Program-made: the position numbers and the translations under genes | Shown here: in pieces, positions 1 through 13,600 of the stretch | How positions within the stretch are numbered: the stretch's first letter is position 1 | Layout: each line of letters opens with the position of its first letter | Source: the human T2T-CHM13v2.0 reference genome, Homo sapiens | Strand: one strand, 5' to 3' | Assembly (NCBI RefSeq): GCF_009914755.1 | Contig: NC_060948.1 | Length of the DNA stretch: 64,000 nucleotides | The notes under the pieces: model-generated | What the model was told of the DNA's origin: nothing | Databases searched by the model: none | What the model saw: the letters and a program-made list of their open reading frames with translations, nothing else

Positions 1-58
1 AATGGAGTGGAATAGACTAGAGTGGAATGGAATGGACTCGAAAGCAATGGACTGGAAT

Positions 59-73
59 GGAACTTTCTTGAAT
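59..73. promoter_or_regulatory. Perfect heat-shock element motif HSE-1 (representative copy; intact in 17 of 18 units)
   Basis: gGAAc tTTCt tGAAt matches nGAAn nTTCn nGAAn. Motif match only; binding not shown. Confidence 0.55.
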
Positions 74-1800
74 GGACTGGAATCAAACGGAATGGAATGC
101 AATGCAATCAAATGGCATGGAATAAAATAGAATGAAAGAGAATCAAATGGAATTGAATCGAATGGAATCGAATGGATTGGAAAGGAATAGAATGGAATGG
201 AATGGAATTGACTCAAATGGAATGGACTAGAATGGAATGGATTCGAATGGAAGGCAAAGGAATGGAATCTATTGGAATGGACTGTAATGGAATGGAATGG
301 AAGGGATTGGAATGGACTCGAATGGAATGGACTGCAATAGAAAGGATTCGAATGGAATGAAAAAGAATTGAATGGAATAGAACAGAATGGAATCAAATCG
401 AATGAAATGGAATGGAATAGAAAGGAATGGAATGAAATGGAATGGAAAGGATTCGAATGGAATGCAATCGAATGGAATGGAATCGAACGGAATGGAATAA
501 AATGGAAGAAAACTGGCAAGAAATGGAATCGAAATGAATGGAGTGTTATGGAACGGACTCAAAAGGAATTGAATGTAATAGAATGGAGTGGAGTGGACTC
601 GAATATAATGGACTGGAATGGAATGAAATCACATGGAATGGGAACGAATGGAATGGAATGGAAAGGAATAGAATCGAATGGAAAGGAATCGAATGGAAGG
701 GAATGAAATTGAATCAACAGGAATGGAAGGGAATAGAATAGACGGTAATGGAATGGACTCGAATAGAATGGACACGAATGCTCAAATTGAATGGACTCGA
801 ATGGAATGGAAACGAAAGGAATGTCATCGAATGGAATTGAATCGATTGGAATGAAATCGCATAGAATGGAGTGGAATCAAATGGAATTGAATCGAAAGGA
901 AAGGAAGCCAATGGACTGAAATGAAATGGAATGGAATGGAATGGAAAGTAATGCAATGGAATAGAATGGAACGAAATTTCACGGAATGGAATGAAACTGA
1001 ATGGAATCAAATCAATGGAATCTAATCAAGTGGAATGGAAAGGAATTGAATGGAGTAGATTGGATTGGATGGGATTGGAATGAAATGTACTGGAAAGGAC
1101 TCGAATTTCATGAAACGGAATGGAATGAATTGGAACGGAATGGACTCGAATGGAATGGAATGTCATGGAATGGCATCAAATGGAATGGCATCAAATGGAA
1201 TGGAATCGAATGCAATTGAATGCTATGGAATGGAATGGAATGCATTGGAATGGAATGTTCTCTAATGGAATGGATTCGAGTGGAATGGAATCGAATATAA
1301 TGGAGTCGAATGAAATGGAATTGAAAGGAATGGGATCGAATACAATGGAATATACTGGAATGTAATGTAATGAACTTGAATGTAATTGACTGGAATGGAA
1401 TGTACATGAATGGAATGTAATCGAATGGAAAGTAATCCAATGGAATAGAATCTAATGCAATAAAATCGACTCAGATAGAGTAGAATGTAATGGAATGGAG
1501 TGCAGTGCAATGGAATGGAATGGAATGGAATGCAATGGAATGGAATGGAATGGAATGGAATGGAATGGAATGGAATGGAATGGTGTGGAATGGATACTAA
1601 TGGACTGGAGTGAAATGGACTGGAAATGAATGGACTCAAATTGAAAGGGCTCGAAAGGAATGGAGTCAAATGGAATGGTCTGGAATGGAATGAACACGAA
1701 TGTAATGCAATCCAATAGAATGGAATCGAATGGCATGGAATATAAAGAAATGGAATCGAAGAGAATGGAAATAAATGGAATGGAATTGAATGGAATGGAA

Positions 1801-1954
1801 TTGAATGGAATGGGAACGAATGGAGTGAAATTGTATGCAGTAGAAGAGAATAGAATGGAATGCAAGCCAAAGGAAAGGAATGGATTGGAATGGAATGGAA
1901 TTCATTGGAATGGAAGGGAATGTAGTGTAATGGACAGGCCTGGAATAAAGTGGA
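1801..1954 (+). other. Classical DYZ1 sex-typing PCR target (154 bp), repeated once per unit
   Basis: TTGAATGGAATGGGAACGAATGG at 1801-1823 and GGACAGGCCTGGAATAAAGTGGA at 1932-1954 (reverse complement TCCACTTTATTCCAGGCCTGTCC) match the Y1.2/Y1.1 primer pair as I recall it (from memory, not searched). The interval contains EcoRI at 1898-1903 and HaeIII at 1937-1940. Confidence 0.8.
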
Positions 1955-2311
1955 ATGCTACGGTCTCGAATGGAATAAAAATGTATGGAATGGAATGCAA
2001 TGAAACGGAATCGAATGTCATAGAATGTAATGGAATGCAAAAAAATGGAATCCAAAATCATTGACTGGAAAGGCTGGATGTCGAAAGGAATTGACTCCAA
2101 TGGAATGGAATCGAATGGAATGGAAGTGAATAGAATCGAACTAAATCGAATGGAATGGAATTGATAGGAACGGAATGGAAAGGAATGCAATGATTTGGCA
2201 TGGAATGGAAACGAATGGTATCTAATGGAATGGAATGGAATGTAATGGAATGGAATGTATTAGAATGTAATGAACTTTAATGGAATGTACTCGAATGGAT
2301 TCGACTGGAAT

Positions 2312-2326
2312 GGAATGTTCTGGAAG
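2312..2326. promoter_or_regulatory. Perfect heat-shock element motif HSE-2 (representative copy; intact in 18 of 18 units)
   Basis: gGAAt gTTCt gGAAg. Motif match only. Confidence 0.55.
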
Positions 2327-2591
2327 TGAATGGACTCCAATGGAATGGATTGAAACGGAATGGAATCGTACGGAATGGAATCTAATGGAATGGAATTAAA
2401 TGGAAATGAATCAAATTGAATAGAACGGAATTGAATTGAATGGAATGGAATGCAATGGAATCTAATGAAACGGAAAGGAAAGGAATGGAATGGAATGGAA
2501 TGGGCTGGAATGGAAAGGAATCGAAACGAATGGAATGGAATCGAACTGAAGAGACTGGAATGGAATGCACTGGAATGGAAGGGAGTGTAAT

Positions 2592-2606
2592 GGAAGGTTC
2601 TCGAAA
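2592..2606. promoter_or_regulatory. Perfect heat-shock element motif HSE-3 (representative copy; intact in 17 of 18 units)
   Basis: gGAAg gTTCt cGAAa. Motif match only. Confidence 0.55.
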
Positions 2607-3558
2607 AAAATGGAATCGAATGGAATGGAATTGAATGGAACGGAATAGAGTCGAATGGAATTGAATGGAATGGAATGGACTAGAGTGAAATGGAATCGAA
2701 CCACAAGGAATGGACAGGAATAGAATGGTCTCGAATTGAATGGAATCGTATGGAATGGCATCAAACGGAATGGAATGGACAGCCACGGAATGGAATGCAC
2801 TCGAATGCAATGGAGTCGAAACTAATGGATGGAATAGAATGGACTTGACTGGTACGGACTCCAATGGAATGGAATCGAATGGAACGGAATCGAACGGAAT
2901 GGACTCGAAGGGAAAAGACTGCAATGGAAAGGTCTCCAATGGAATGGAAATTAATGGAATGGAATGGAATCGAATGAAATGGAGTCAAAAGGAATGGAAT
3001 CGAATGGCAAGAAATCGAATGTAATGGAATCGCAAGGAATTGATGTGAACTGAACGGAATGGAATGGAATCCAAAGGAATGGAATAGAATGGAATGGAAT
3101 CGAATGGAAAGGACTCGAATGGAAATCACTCGAATAGAATGCAATTTAATAAAATAGGATTAAATGTAATGGAATGGAATGGAAAGGAATCGAAACGAAA
3201 GGAATGGAGACAGATGGAATGGAATGGAACAGAGAGCAATGGTATAGAATGGAATGGAATCATCTGGAATGGAATTGAATGGAATGGAATAATATGAAAT
3301 GGAATGGAATGGAATGGAATGGAATGCCCTTGAATTAAATGGACTGGAATGGAATGGACTCGAACAGAGTGGAATGGAAAGTGTTGAGATAGAATGGAAT
3401 GGACTCCTTCGGAATGGTGTAGTATGCAATGCAATCGACTGGCAGGGAATCAAAAGGAATGTAATGGAATGGATTGGACTGGAATGCAATGGACTCGAAT
3501 AGATTGGAAACGGAATGCAAAGGAATGGAATGGAATAGTATGGAATGGAATGGAAAGG

Positions 3559-6500
3559 AATGGAGTGGAATAGACTAGAGTGGAATGGAATGGACTGGAA
3601 AGCAATGGACTGGAATGGAACTTTCTTGAATGGACTGGAATCAAACGGAATGGAATGCAATGCAATCAAATGGCATAGAATAAGATAGAATGAAAGAGAA
3701 TCAAATGGAATTGAATGGAATGGAATCAAATGGATTGGAAAGGAATAGAATGGAATGGAATGGAATTGACTCAAATGGAATGGACTAGAATGGAATGGAT
3801 TCGAATGGAAGGCAAAGGAATGGAATCTATTGGAATGTACTGTAATGGAATGCAATGGAAGGGATTGGAATGGACTCGAATGGAATGGACTGCAATAGAA
3901 AGGATTCGAATGGAATGAAAAAGAATTGAATGGAATAGAACAGAATGGAATCAAATCGAATGAAATGGAATGGAATAGAAAGGAATGGAATGAAATGGAA
4001 TGGAAAGGATTCGAATGGAATGCAAACGAATGGAATGGAATCGAACGGAATGGAATAAAATGGAAGAAAACTGGCAAGAAATGGAATCGAAATGAATGGA
4101 GTGTTATGGAAGGGACTCAAAAGGAATTGAATGTAATAGAATGGAGTGGAGTGGACTCGAATATAATGGACTGGAATGGAATGAAATCACATGGAATGGG
4201 AACGAATGGAATGGAATGGAAAGGAATGGAATCGAATGGAAAGGAATCGATTGGAAGGGAATGAAATTGAACCAACAGGAATGGAAGGGATTAGAATAGA
4301 CCGTAATGGAATGGACTCGAATAGAATGGACACGAATGCTCAAATTGAATGGACTCGAATGGAATGGAAACGAAAGGAATGTCATCGAATGGAATTGAAT
4401 CGATTGGAATGAAATCGCATAGAATGGAGTGGAATCAAATGGAATTGAATCGAAAGGAAAGGAAGCGAATGGACTGAAATGAAATGGAATGGAATTGAAT
4501 GGAAAGTAATGCAATGGAATAGAATGGAACGAAATTTCACGGAATGGAATCAAACTGAATGGAATCAAATCAATGGAATCAAATCAAATGGAATGGAAAG
4601 GAATTGAATGGAGTAGATTGGATTGGATGGGATTGGAATGAAATGTACTGGAAAGGACTCGAATTTCATGAAACGGAATGGAATGAATTGGAACGGAATG
4701 GACTCGAATGGAATGGAATGTCATGGAATGGCATCAAATGGAATGGCATCAAATGGAATGGAATCGAATGCAATGGAATGCTATGGAATGGAATGGAATG
4801 CATTGGAATGGAATGTCCTCTAATGGAATGGATTCGAGTGGAATGGAATCGAATATAATGGAGTCGAATGAAATGGAATTGAAAAGAATGGGATCGAATA
4901 CAATGGAATATACTGGAATGTAATGTAATGAACACGAATGTAATTGTCTGGAATGGAATGTATATGAATGGAATGTAATCGAATGGAAAGTAATCCAATG
5001 GAATAGAATCTAATGCAATAAAATCGACTCAGATAGAGTAGAATGTAATGGAATGGAGTGCAGTGCAATGGAATGGAATGGAATGGAATGCAATGGAATG
5101 GAATGGAATGGAATGGAATGGGATGGAATGGTATGGAATGGATAGTAATGGACTGGAGTGAAATGGACTGGAAAGGAATGGACTCAAATTGAAAGGGCTC
5201 GAAAGGAATGGAGACAAACGGAATGGTCTGGAATGGAATGAACACGAATGTAATGCAATCCAATAGAATGGAGTCGAATGGCATGGAATATAAAGAAATG
5301 GAATCGAAGAGAATAGAAACAAATGGAATGGAATTGAATGGAATGGAATTGAATGGAATGGGAACGAATGGAGTGAAATTGTATGCCCTAGAAGAGAATA
5401 GAATGGAATGCAAGTGAAAGGAAAGGAATGGATTGGAATGGAAAGGAATTCATTGGAATGGAAGGGAATGTAGTGTAATGGACAGGCCTGGAATAAAGTG
5501 GAATGCTACGGTCTCGAGTGGAATAAAAATGTATGGATTGGAATGCAATGAAACGGAATCGAATGTCATAGAATGTAATGGAATGCAAAAAAATGGAATC
5601 CAAAATCATTGACTGGAAAGGCTGGGTGTCGAAAGGAATTGACTCCAATGGAATGGAATCGAATGGAATGGAAGTGAATAGAATCGAACTAAATCGAATG
5701 GAATGGAATTGATAGGAACGGAATGGAAAGGAATGCAATGATTTGGCATGGAATGGAATCGAATGGCATCGAATGGAATGGAATGGAATGCAATGGAATG
5801 GAATGTATTAGAATGTAATGAACTTTAATGGAATGTACTCGAAAGGATTTGACTGGAATGGAATGTTCTGGAAGTGAATGGACTCCAATGGAATGGATTC
5901 GAAAGGAATGGAATCGTACGGAATGGAATCTAATGGAATGGAATTAAATGGAAATGAATCAAATTGAATAGCACGGAATTGAATTGAATGGAATGGAATG
6001 CAATGGAATCTAATGAAACGGAAAGGAAAGGAATGCAATGGAATGGAATGGGCTGGAATGGAAAGGAATCGAAACGAATGGAATGGAATCGAACTGAAGA
6101 GACTGGAATGGAATGCACTGGAATGGAAGGGAGTGTAATGGAATGTTCTCGAAAAAAATGGAATCGAATGGAATGGAATTGAGTGGAACGGAATAGAGTC
6201 GAATGGAATTGAATGGAATGGAATGGACTAGAGTGAAATGGAATCGAACCACAAGGAATGGACAGGAATAGAATGGTCTCGAATTGAATGGAATCGTATG
6301 GAATGGCATCAAACGGAATGGAATGGACAGCCACGGAATGGAATGCACTCGAATGCAATGGAGTCGAAACTAATGGACTGGAATAGAATGGACTCGACTG
6401 GTACGGACTCCAATGGAATGGAATCGAATGGAAGGGAATCGAACGGAATGGACTCGAAGGGAAAAGACTGCAATGGAACGGTCTCGAATGGAATGGAAAT

Positions 6501-7097
6501 TAATGGAATGGAATGGAATCGAATGAAATGGAGTCAAAAGGAATGGAATCGAATGGCAAGAAATCGAATGTAATGGAATCGCAAGGAATTGATGTGAACG
6601 GAACGGAATGGAATGGAATCCAAAGGAATGGAATAGAATGGAATGGAATCGAATGGAAAGGACTCGAATGGAAATCACTCGAATAGAATGCAATTTAATA
6701 AAATAGGATCAAATGTAATGGAATGGAATGGAAAGGAATCGAAACGAAAGGAATGGAGACAGATGGAATGGAATGGAACAGATAGCAATGGTATACAATG
6801 GAATGGAATCATCTGGAATGGAATTGAATGGAATGGAATAATATGAAATGGAATGGAATGGAATGGAATGGAATGCCCTTGAATTAAATGGACTGGACTC
6901 GAACAGAGTGGAATGGAAAGTGTTGAGATAGAATGGAATGGACTCCTTTGGAATGGTCTAGTATGCAATGCAATCGACTGGCAGGGAATCAAAAGGAATG
7001 TAATGGAATTGATTGGACTGGAATGCAATGGACTCGAATAGATTGGAAACGGAATGCAAAGGAATGGAATGGAATAGTATGGAATGGAATGGAAAGG
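3559..7097 (+). repeat. DYZ1 unit U2 (3539 bp)
   Basis: Anchor at 3559 and 7098; 10-bp in-phase deletion near 6896. Confidence 0.93.
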
Positions 7098-10000
7098 AAT
7101 GGAGTGGAATAGACTAGAGTGGAATGGAATGGACTGGAAAGCAATGGACTGGAATGAAACTTTCTTGAATGGACTGGAATCAAACGTAATGGAATGCAAT
7201 GCAATCAAATTTCATGGAATAAGATAGAATGAAAGAGAATCAAATGGAATTGAATCGAATGGAATCGAATGGATTGGAAAGGAAGAGAATGGAATGGAAT
7301 GGAATTGACTCAAATGGAATGGACTAGAATGGAATGGATTCGAATGGAAGGCAAAGGAATGGAATCTATTGGAATGGACTGTAATGGAATGGAATGGAAG
7401 GGATTGGAATGGACTCGAATGGAATGGACTGCAATAGAAAGGATTCGAATGGAATGAAAAAGAATTGAATGGAATAGAACAGAATGGAATCAAATCGAAT
7501 GAAATGGAATGGAATAGAAAGGAATGGAATGAAATGGAATGGAAAGGATTCGAATGGAATGCAATCGAATGGAATGGAATCGAACGGAATGGAATAAAAT
7601 GGAAGAAAACTGGCAAGAAATGGAATCGAAATGAATGGAGTGTTATGGAACGGACTCAAAAGGAATTGAATGTAATAGAATGGAGTGGAGTGGACTCGAA
7701 TATAATGGACTGGAATGGAATGAAATCACATGGAATGGGAACGAATGGAATGGAAAGGAATGGAATCGAATGTAAAGGAATCGAACGGAAGGGAATGAAA
7801 TTGAATCAACAGGAATGGAAGGGAATAGAATAGACTGTAATGGAATGGACACGAATAGAATGGACACGAATGCTCAAATTGAATGGACTCGAATGGAATG
7901 GAAAGGAAAGGAAAGTCATCGAATGGAATTGAATCGATTGGAATGAAATCGCATAGAATGGAGTGGAATCAAATGGAATTGAATCGAAAGGAAAGGAAGC
8001 GAATGGACTGAAATGAAATGGAATGGAATTGAATGGAAAGTAATGCAATGGAATAGAATGGAACGAAATTTCACGGAATGGAATCAAACTGAATGGAATC
8101 AAATCAATGGAATCTAATCAAATGGAATGGAAAGGAATTGAATGGAGTATATTGGATTGGATGGGATTGGAATGAAATGTACTGGAAAGGACTCGAATTT
8201 CATGAAACGGAATGGAATGAATTGGAACGGAATGGACTCGAATGGAATGGAATGACATGGAATGGCATCAAATGGAATGGCATCAAATGGAATGGAATCG
8301 AATACAATGGAATGCTATGGAATGGAATGGAATGCATTGGAATGGAATGTCCTCTAATGGAATGGATTCGAGTGGAATGGAATCGAATATAATGGAGTCG
8401 AATGAAATGGAATTGAAAGGAATGGGATCGAATAGAATGGAATATACTGGAATGTAATGTAATGAACTCGAATGTAATTGACTGGAATGGAATGTACATG
8501 AATGGAATGTAATCGAATGGAAAGTAATCCAATGGAATAGAATCTAATGCAATAAAATCGACTCAGATAGAGTAGAATGTAATGGAATGGAGTGCAGTGC
8601 AATGGAATGGAATGGAATGGAATGCAATGGAATGGAATGGAATGGAATGGAATGGAATGGAATGGAATGGGATGGAATGGGATGGAATGGTATGGAATGG
8701 ATAGTAATGGACTGGAGTGAAATGGACTGGAAAGGAATGGACTCAAATTGAAAGGGCTCGAAAGGAATGGAGACAAATGAAATGGTCTGGAATGGAATGA
8801 ACACGAATGTAATGCAATCCAATAGAATGGAGTCGAATGGCATGGAATATAAAGAAATGGAATCGAAGAGAATGGAAACAAATGGAATGGAATTGAATGG
8901 AATGGAATTGAATGGAATGGGAACGAATGGAGTGAAATTGTATGCAGTAGAAGAGAATAGAATGGAATTCAAGCGAAAGGAAAGGAATGGATTGGAATGG
9001 AATAGAATTCATTGGAATGGAAGGGAATGTAGTGTAATGGACAGGCCTGGAATAAAGTGGAATGCTACGGTCTCGAATGGAATAAAAATGTATGGAATGG
9101 AATGCAATGAAACGGAATCGAATGTCATCGAATGTAATGGAATGCAAAAAAATGGACTCCAAAATCATTGACTGGAAAGGCTGGGTGTCGAAAGGAATTG
9201 ACTCCAATGGAATGGAATCGAATGGAATGGAAGTGAATAGAATCAAACTAAATCGAATGGAATGGAATTGATAGGAACGGAATGGAAAGGAATGCAATGA
9301 TTTGGCATGGAATGGAATCGAATGGCATCAAATGGAATGGAATGGAATGCAATGGAATGGAATGTATTAGAATATAATGAACTTTAATGGAATGTACTCG
9401 AATGGATTCGACTGGAATGGAATGTTCTGGAAGTGAATGGACTCCAATGGAATGGATTCCAAAGGAATGGAATCGTACGGAATGGAATCTAATGGAATGG
9501 AATTAAATGGAAATGAATCAAATTGAATAGCACGGAATTGAATTGAATGGAATGGAATGAAATGGAATCTAATGAAACGGAAAGGAAAGGAATGCAATGG
9601 AATGGAATGGGCTGGAATGGAAAGGAATCGAAACGAATGGAATGGAATCGAACTGAAGAGACTGGAATGGAAAGCACTGGAATGGAAGGGAGTGTAATGG
9701 AAGGTTCTCGAAAAAAATGGAATCGAATGGAATGCAATTGAATGGAACGGAATAGAGTCGAATGCAATTGAATGGAATGGAATGGACTAGAGTGAAATGG
9801 AATCGAACCACAAGGAATGGACAGGAATAGAATGGTCTCGAATTGAATGGAATCGTATGGAATGGCATCAAACGAAATGGAATGGACAGCCACGGAATGG
9901 AATGCACTCGAATGCAATGGAGTCGAAACTAATGGACTGGAATAGAATGGACTCGACTGGTAAGGACTCCAATGGAATGGAATCGAATGGAAGGGAAACG

Positions 10001-10666
10001 AACGGAATGGACTCGAAGGGAAAAGACTGCAATGGAAAGGTCTCGAATGGAATGGAAATTAATGGAATGGAATGGAATCCAATGAAATGGAGTCAAAAGG
10101 AATGGAATCGAATGGCAAGAAATCGAATGTAATGGAATCGCAAGGAATTGATGTGAACGGAACGGAATGGAATGGAATCCAAAGGAATGGAATAGAATGG
10201 AATGGAATCGAATGGAAAGGACTCGAATGGAAATCACTCGAATAGAATGCAATTTAATAAAATAGGATCAAATGTAATGGAATGGAATGGAAAGGAATCG
10301 AAACGAAAGGAATGGAGACCGATGGAATGGAATGGAACAGAGAGCAATGGTATAGAATGGAATGGAATCATCTGGAATGGAATTGAATGGAATGGAATAA
10401 TATGAAATGGAATGGAATGGAATGGAATGGAATGCCCTTGAATTAAATGGACTGGAATGGAATGGACTCGAACAGAGTGGAATGGAAAGTGTTGAGATAG
10501 AATGGAATGGACTCCTTTGGAATGGTGTAGTATGCAATGTAATCGACTGGCAGGGAATCAAAAGGAATGTAATCGAATGGATTGGACTGGAATGCAATGG
10601 ACTCGAATAGATTGGAAACGGAATGCAAAGGAATGGAATGGAATAGTATGGAATGGAATGGAAAGG
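7098..10666 (+). repeat. DYZ1 unit U3 (3569 bp)
   Basis: Anchor at 7098 and 10667; extra EcoRI site at 8965. Confidence 0.93.
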
Positions 10667-13600
10667 AATGGAGTGGAATAGACTAGAGTGGAATGGAATG
10701 GACTGGAAAGCAATGGACTGGAATGGAACTTTCTTGAATGGACTGGAATCAAACGGAATGGAATGCAATGCAATCAAATGGCATGGAATAAAATAGAATG
10801 AAAGAGAATCAAATGGAATTGAATCGAATGGAATCGAATGGATTGGAAAGGAATAGAATGGAATGGAATGGAATTGACTCAAATGGAATGGACTAGAATG
10901 GAATGGATTCGAATGGAAGGCAAAGGAATGGAATCTATTGGAATGGACTGTAATGGAATGGAATGGAAGGGATTGGAATGGACTCGAATGGAATGGACTG
11001 CAATAGAAAGGATTCGAATGGAATGAAAAAGAATTGAATGGAATAGAACAGAATGGAATCAAATCGAATGAAATGGAATGGAATAGAAAGGAATGGAATG
11101 AAATGGAATGGAAAGGATTCGAATGGAATGCAATCGAATGGAATGGAATCGAACGGAATGGAATAAAATGGAAGAAAACTGGCAAGAAATGGAATCGAAA
11201 TGAATGGAGTGTTATGGAACGGACTCAAAAGGAATTGAATGTAATAGAATGGAGTGGAGTGGACTCCAATATAATGGACTGGAATGGAATGAAATCACAT
11301 GGAATGGGAACGAATGGAATGGAATGGAAAGGAATGGAATGGAATGGAAAGGAATCGAATGGAAGGGAATGAAATTGAATCAACAGGAATGGAAGGGAAT
11401 AGAATAGACGGTAATGGAATGGACTCGAATAGAATGGACACGAATGCTCAAATTGAATGGACTCGAAAGGAATGGAAAGGAAAGGAATGTCATCGAATGG
11501 AATTGAATCGATTGGAATGAAATCGCATAGAATGGAGTGGAATCAAATGGAATTGAATCGAAAGGAAAGGAAGCGAATGGACTGAAATGAAATGGAATGG
11601 AATTGAATGGAAAGTAATGCAATGGAATAGAATGGAACGAAATTTCACGGAATGGAATCAAACTGAATGGAATCAAATCAATGGAATCTAATCAAATGGA
11701 ATGGAAAGGAATTGAATGGAGTAGATTGGATTGGATGGGATTGGAATGAAATGTACTGGAAAGGACTCGAATTTCATGAAACGGAATGGAATGAATTGGA
11801 ACGGAATGGACTCGAATGGAATGGAATGTCATCGAATGGCATCAAATGGAATGGCATCAAATGGAATGGAATCGAATGCAATGGAATGCTATGGAATGGA
11901 ATGGAATGCATTGGAATGGAATGTCCTCTAATGGAATGGATTCGAGTGGAATGGAATCGAATATAATGGAGTCGAATGAAATGGAATTGAAAAGAATGGG
12001 ATCGAATACAATGGAATATACTGGAATGTAATGTAATGAACTCGAATGTAATTGACTGGAATGGAATGTACATGAATGGAATGTAATCGAATAGAAAGTA
12101 ATCCAATGGAATAGAATGTAATGCAATAAAATCGACTCAGATAGAGTAGAATGTAATGGAATGGAGTGTAGTGCAATGGAATGGAATGGAATGGAATGCA
12201 ATGGAATGGAATGGAATGGAATGGAATGGGATGGAATGGTATGGAATGGATAGTAATGGACTGGAGTGAAATGGACTGGAAAGGAATGGACTCAAATTGA
12301 AAGGGCTCGAAAGGAATGGAGACAAATGGAATGGTCTGGAATGGAATGAACACGAATGTAATGCAATCCAATAGAATGGAGTCGAATGGCAGGGAATATA
12401 AAGAAATGGAATCGAAGAGAATGGAAACAAATGGAATGGAATTGAATGGAATGGAATTGAATGGAATGGGAACGAATGGAGTGAAATTGTATGCAGTAGA
12501 AGAGAATAGAATGGAATGCAAGCGAAAGGAAAGGAATGGATTGGAATGGAATGGAATTCATTGGAATGGAAGGGAATGTAGTGTAATGGACAGGCCTGGA
12601 ATAAAGTGGAATGCTACGGTCTCGAATGGAATAAAAATGTATGGAATGGAATGCAATGAAACGGAATCGAATGTCATAGAATGTAATGGAATGCAAAAAA
12701 ATGGAATCCAAAATCATTGACTGGAAAGGCTGGGTGTCGAAAGGAATTGACTCCAATGGAATGGAATCGAATGGAATGGAAGTGAATAGAATCAAACTAA
12801 ATCGAATGGAATGGAATTGATAGGAACGGAATGGAAAGGAATGCAATGATTTGGCATGGAATGGAATCGAATGGCATCAAATGGAATGGAATGGAATGCA
12901 ATGGAATGGAATGTATTAGAATATAATGAACTTTAATGGAATGTACTCGAATGGATTCGACTGGAATGGAATGTTCTGGAAGTGAATGGACTCCAATGGA
13001 ATGGATTCCAAAGGAATGGAATCGTACGGAATGGAATCTAATGGAATGGAATTAAATGGAAATGAATCAAATTGAATAGCACGGAATTGAATTGAATGGA
13101 ATGGAATGCAATGGAATCTAATGAAACGGAAAGGAAAGGAATGCAATGGAATGGAATGGGCTGGAATGGAAAGGAATCGAAACAAATGGAATGGAATCGA
13201 ACTGAAGAGACTGGAATGGAAAGCACTGGAATGGAAGGGAGTGTAATGGAAGGTTCTCGAAAAAAATGGAATCGAATGGAATGCAATTGAATGGAACGGA
13301 ATAGAGTCGAATGCAATTGAATGGAATGGAATGGACTAGAGTGAAATGGAATCGAACCACAAGGAATGGACAGGAATAGAATGGTCTCGAATTGAATGGA
13401 ATCGTATGGAATGGCATCAAACGAAATGGAATGGACAGCCACGGAATGGAATGCACTCGAATGCAATGGAGTCGAAACTAATGGACTGGAATAGAATGGA
13501 CTCGACTGGTAAGGACTCCAATGGAATGGAATCGAATGGAAGGGAAACGAACGGAATGGACTCGAAGGGAAAAGACTGCAATGGAAAGGTCTCGAATGGA

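Larger units (their letters stand above)
1..3558 (+). repeat. DYZ1 unit U1 (3558 bp; boundary set arbitrarily at the window start)
   Basis: Anchor AATGGAGTGGAATAGACTAGAG at 1 and 3559; 1-bp deletion at ~2829; many private substitutions. Confidence 0.93.

Noticed and set aside
1018-1028. Near-match to the DUX4 site (GAATCTAATCA versus TAATCTAATCA) in some units, plus AAATTGAATCA
   Set aside because: The mismatch falls in the TAAT core, and such near-matches are expected in this sequence. DUX4 binding is established mainly for HSATII.
1944-1949. Several AATAAA poly(A)-signal matches per unit
   Set aside because: They arise easily from GGAAT followed by an A-rich variant pentamer. I saw no supporting downstream element and have no transcript data.
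3160-4077. Recurrent 270-323 aa minus-strand ORF (MPVFFHFIPFRS...) in most units
   Set aside because: (ATTCC)n has no stop codon in any frame and translates to FHSIP repeats. The ORF is low-complexity, changes frame with tract length, and recurs only because the unit repeats.
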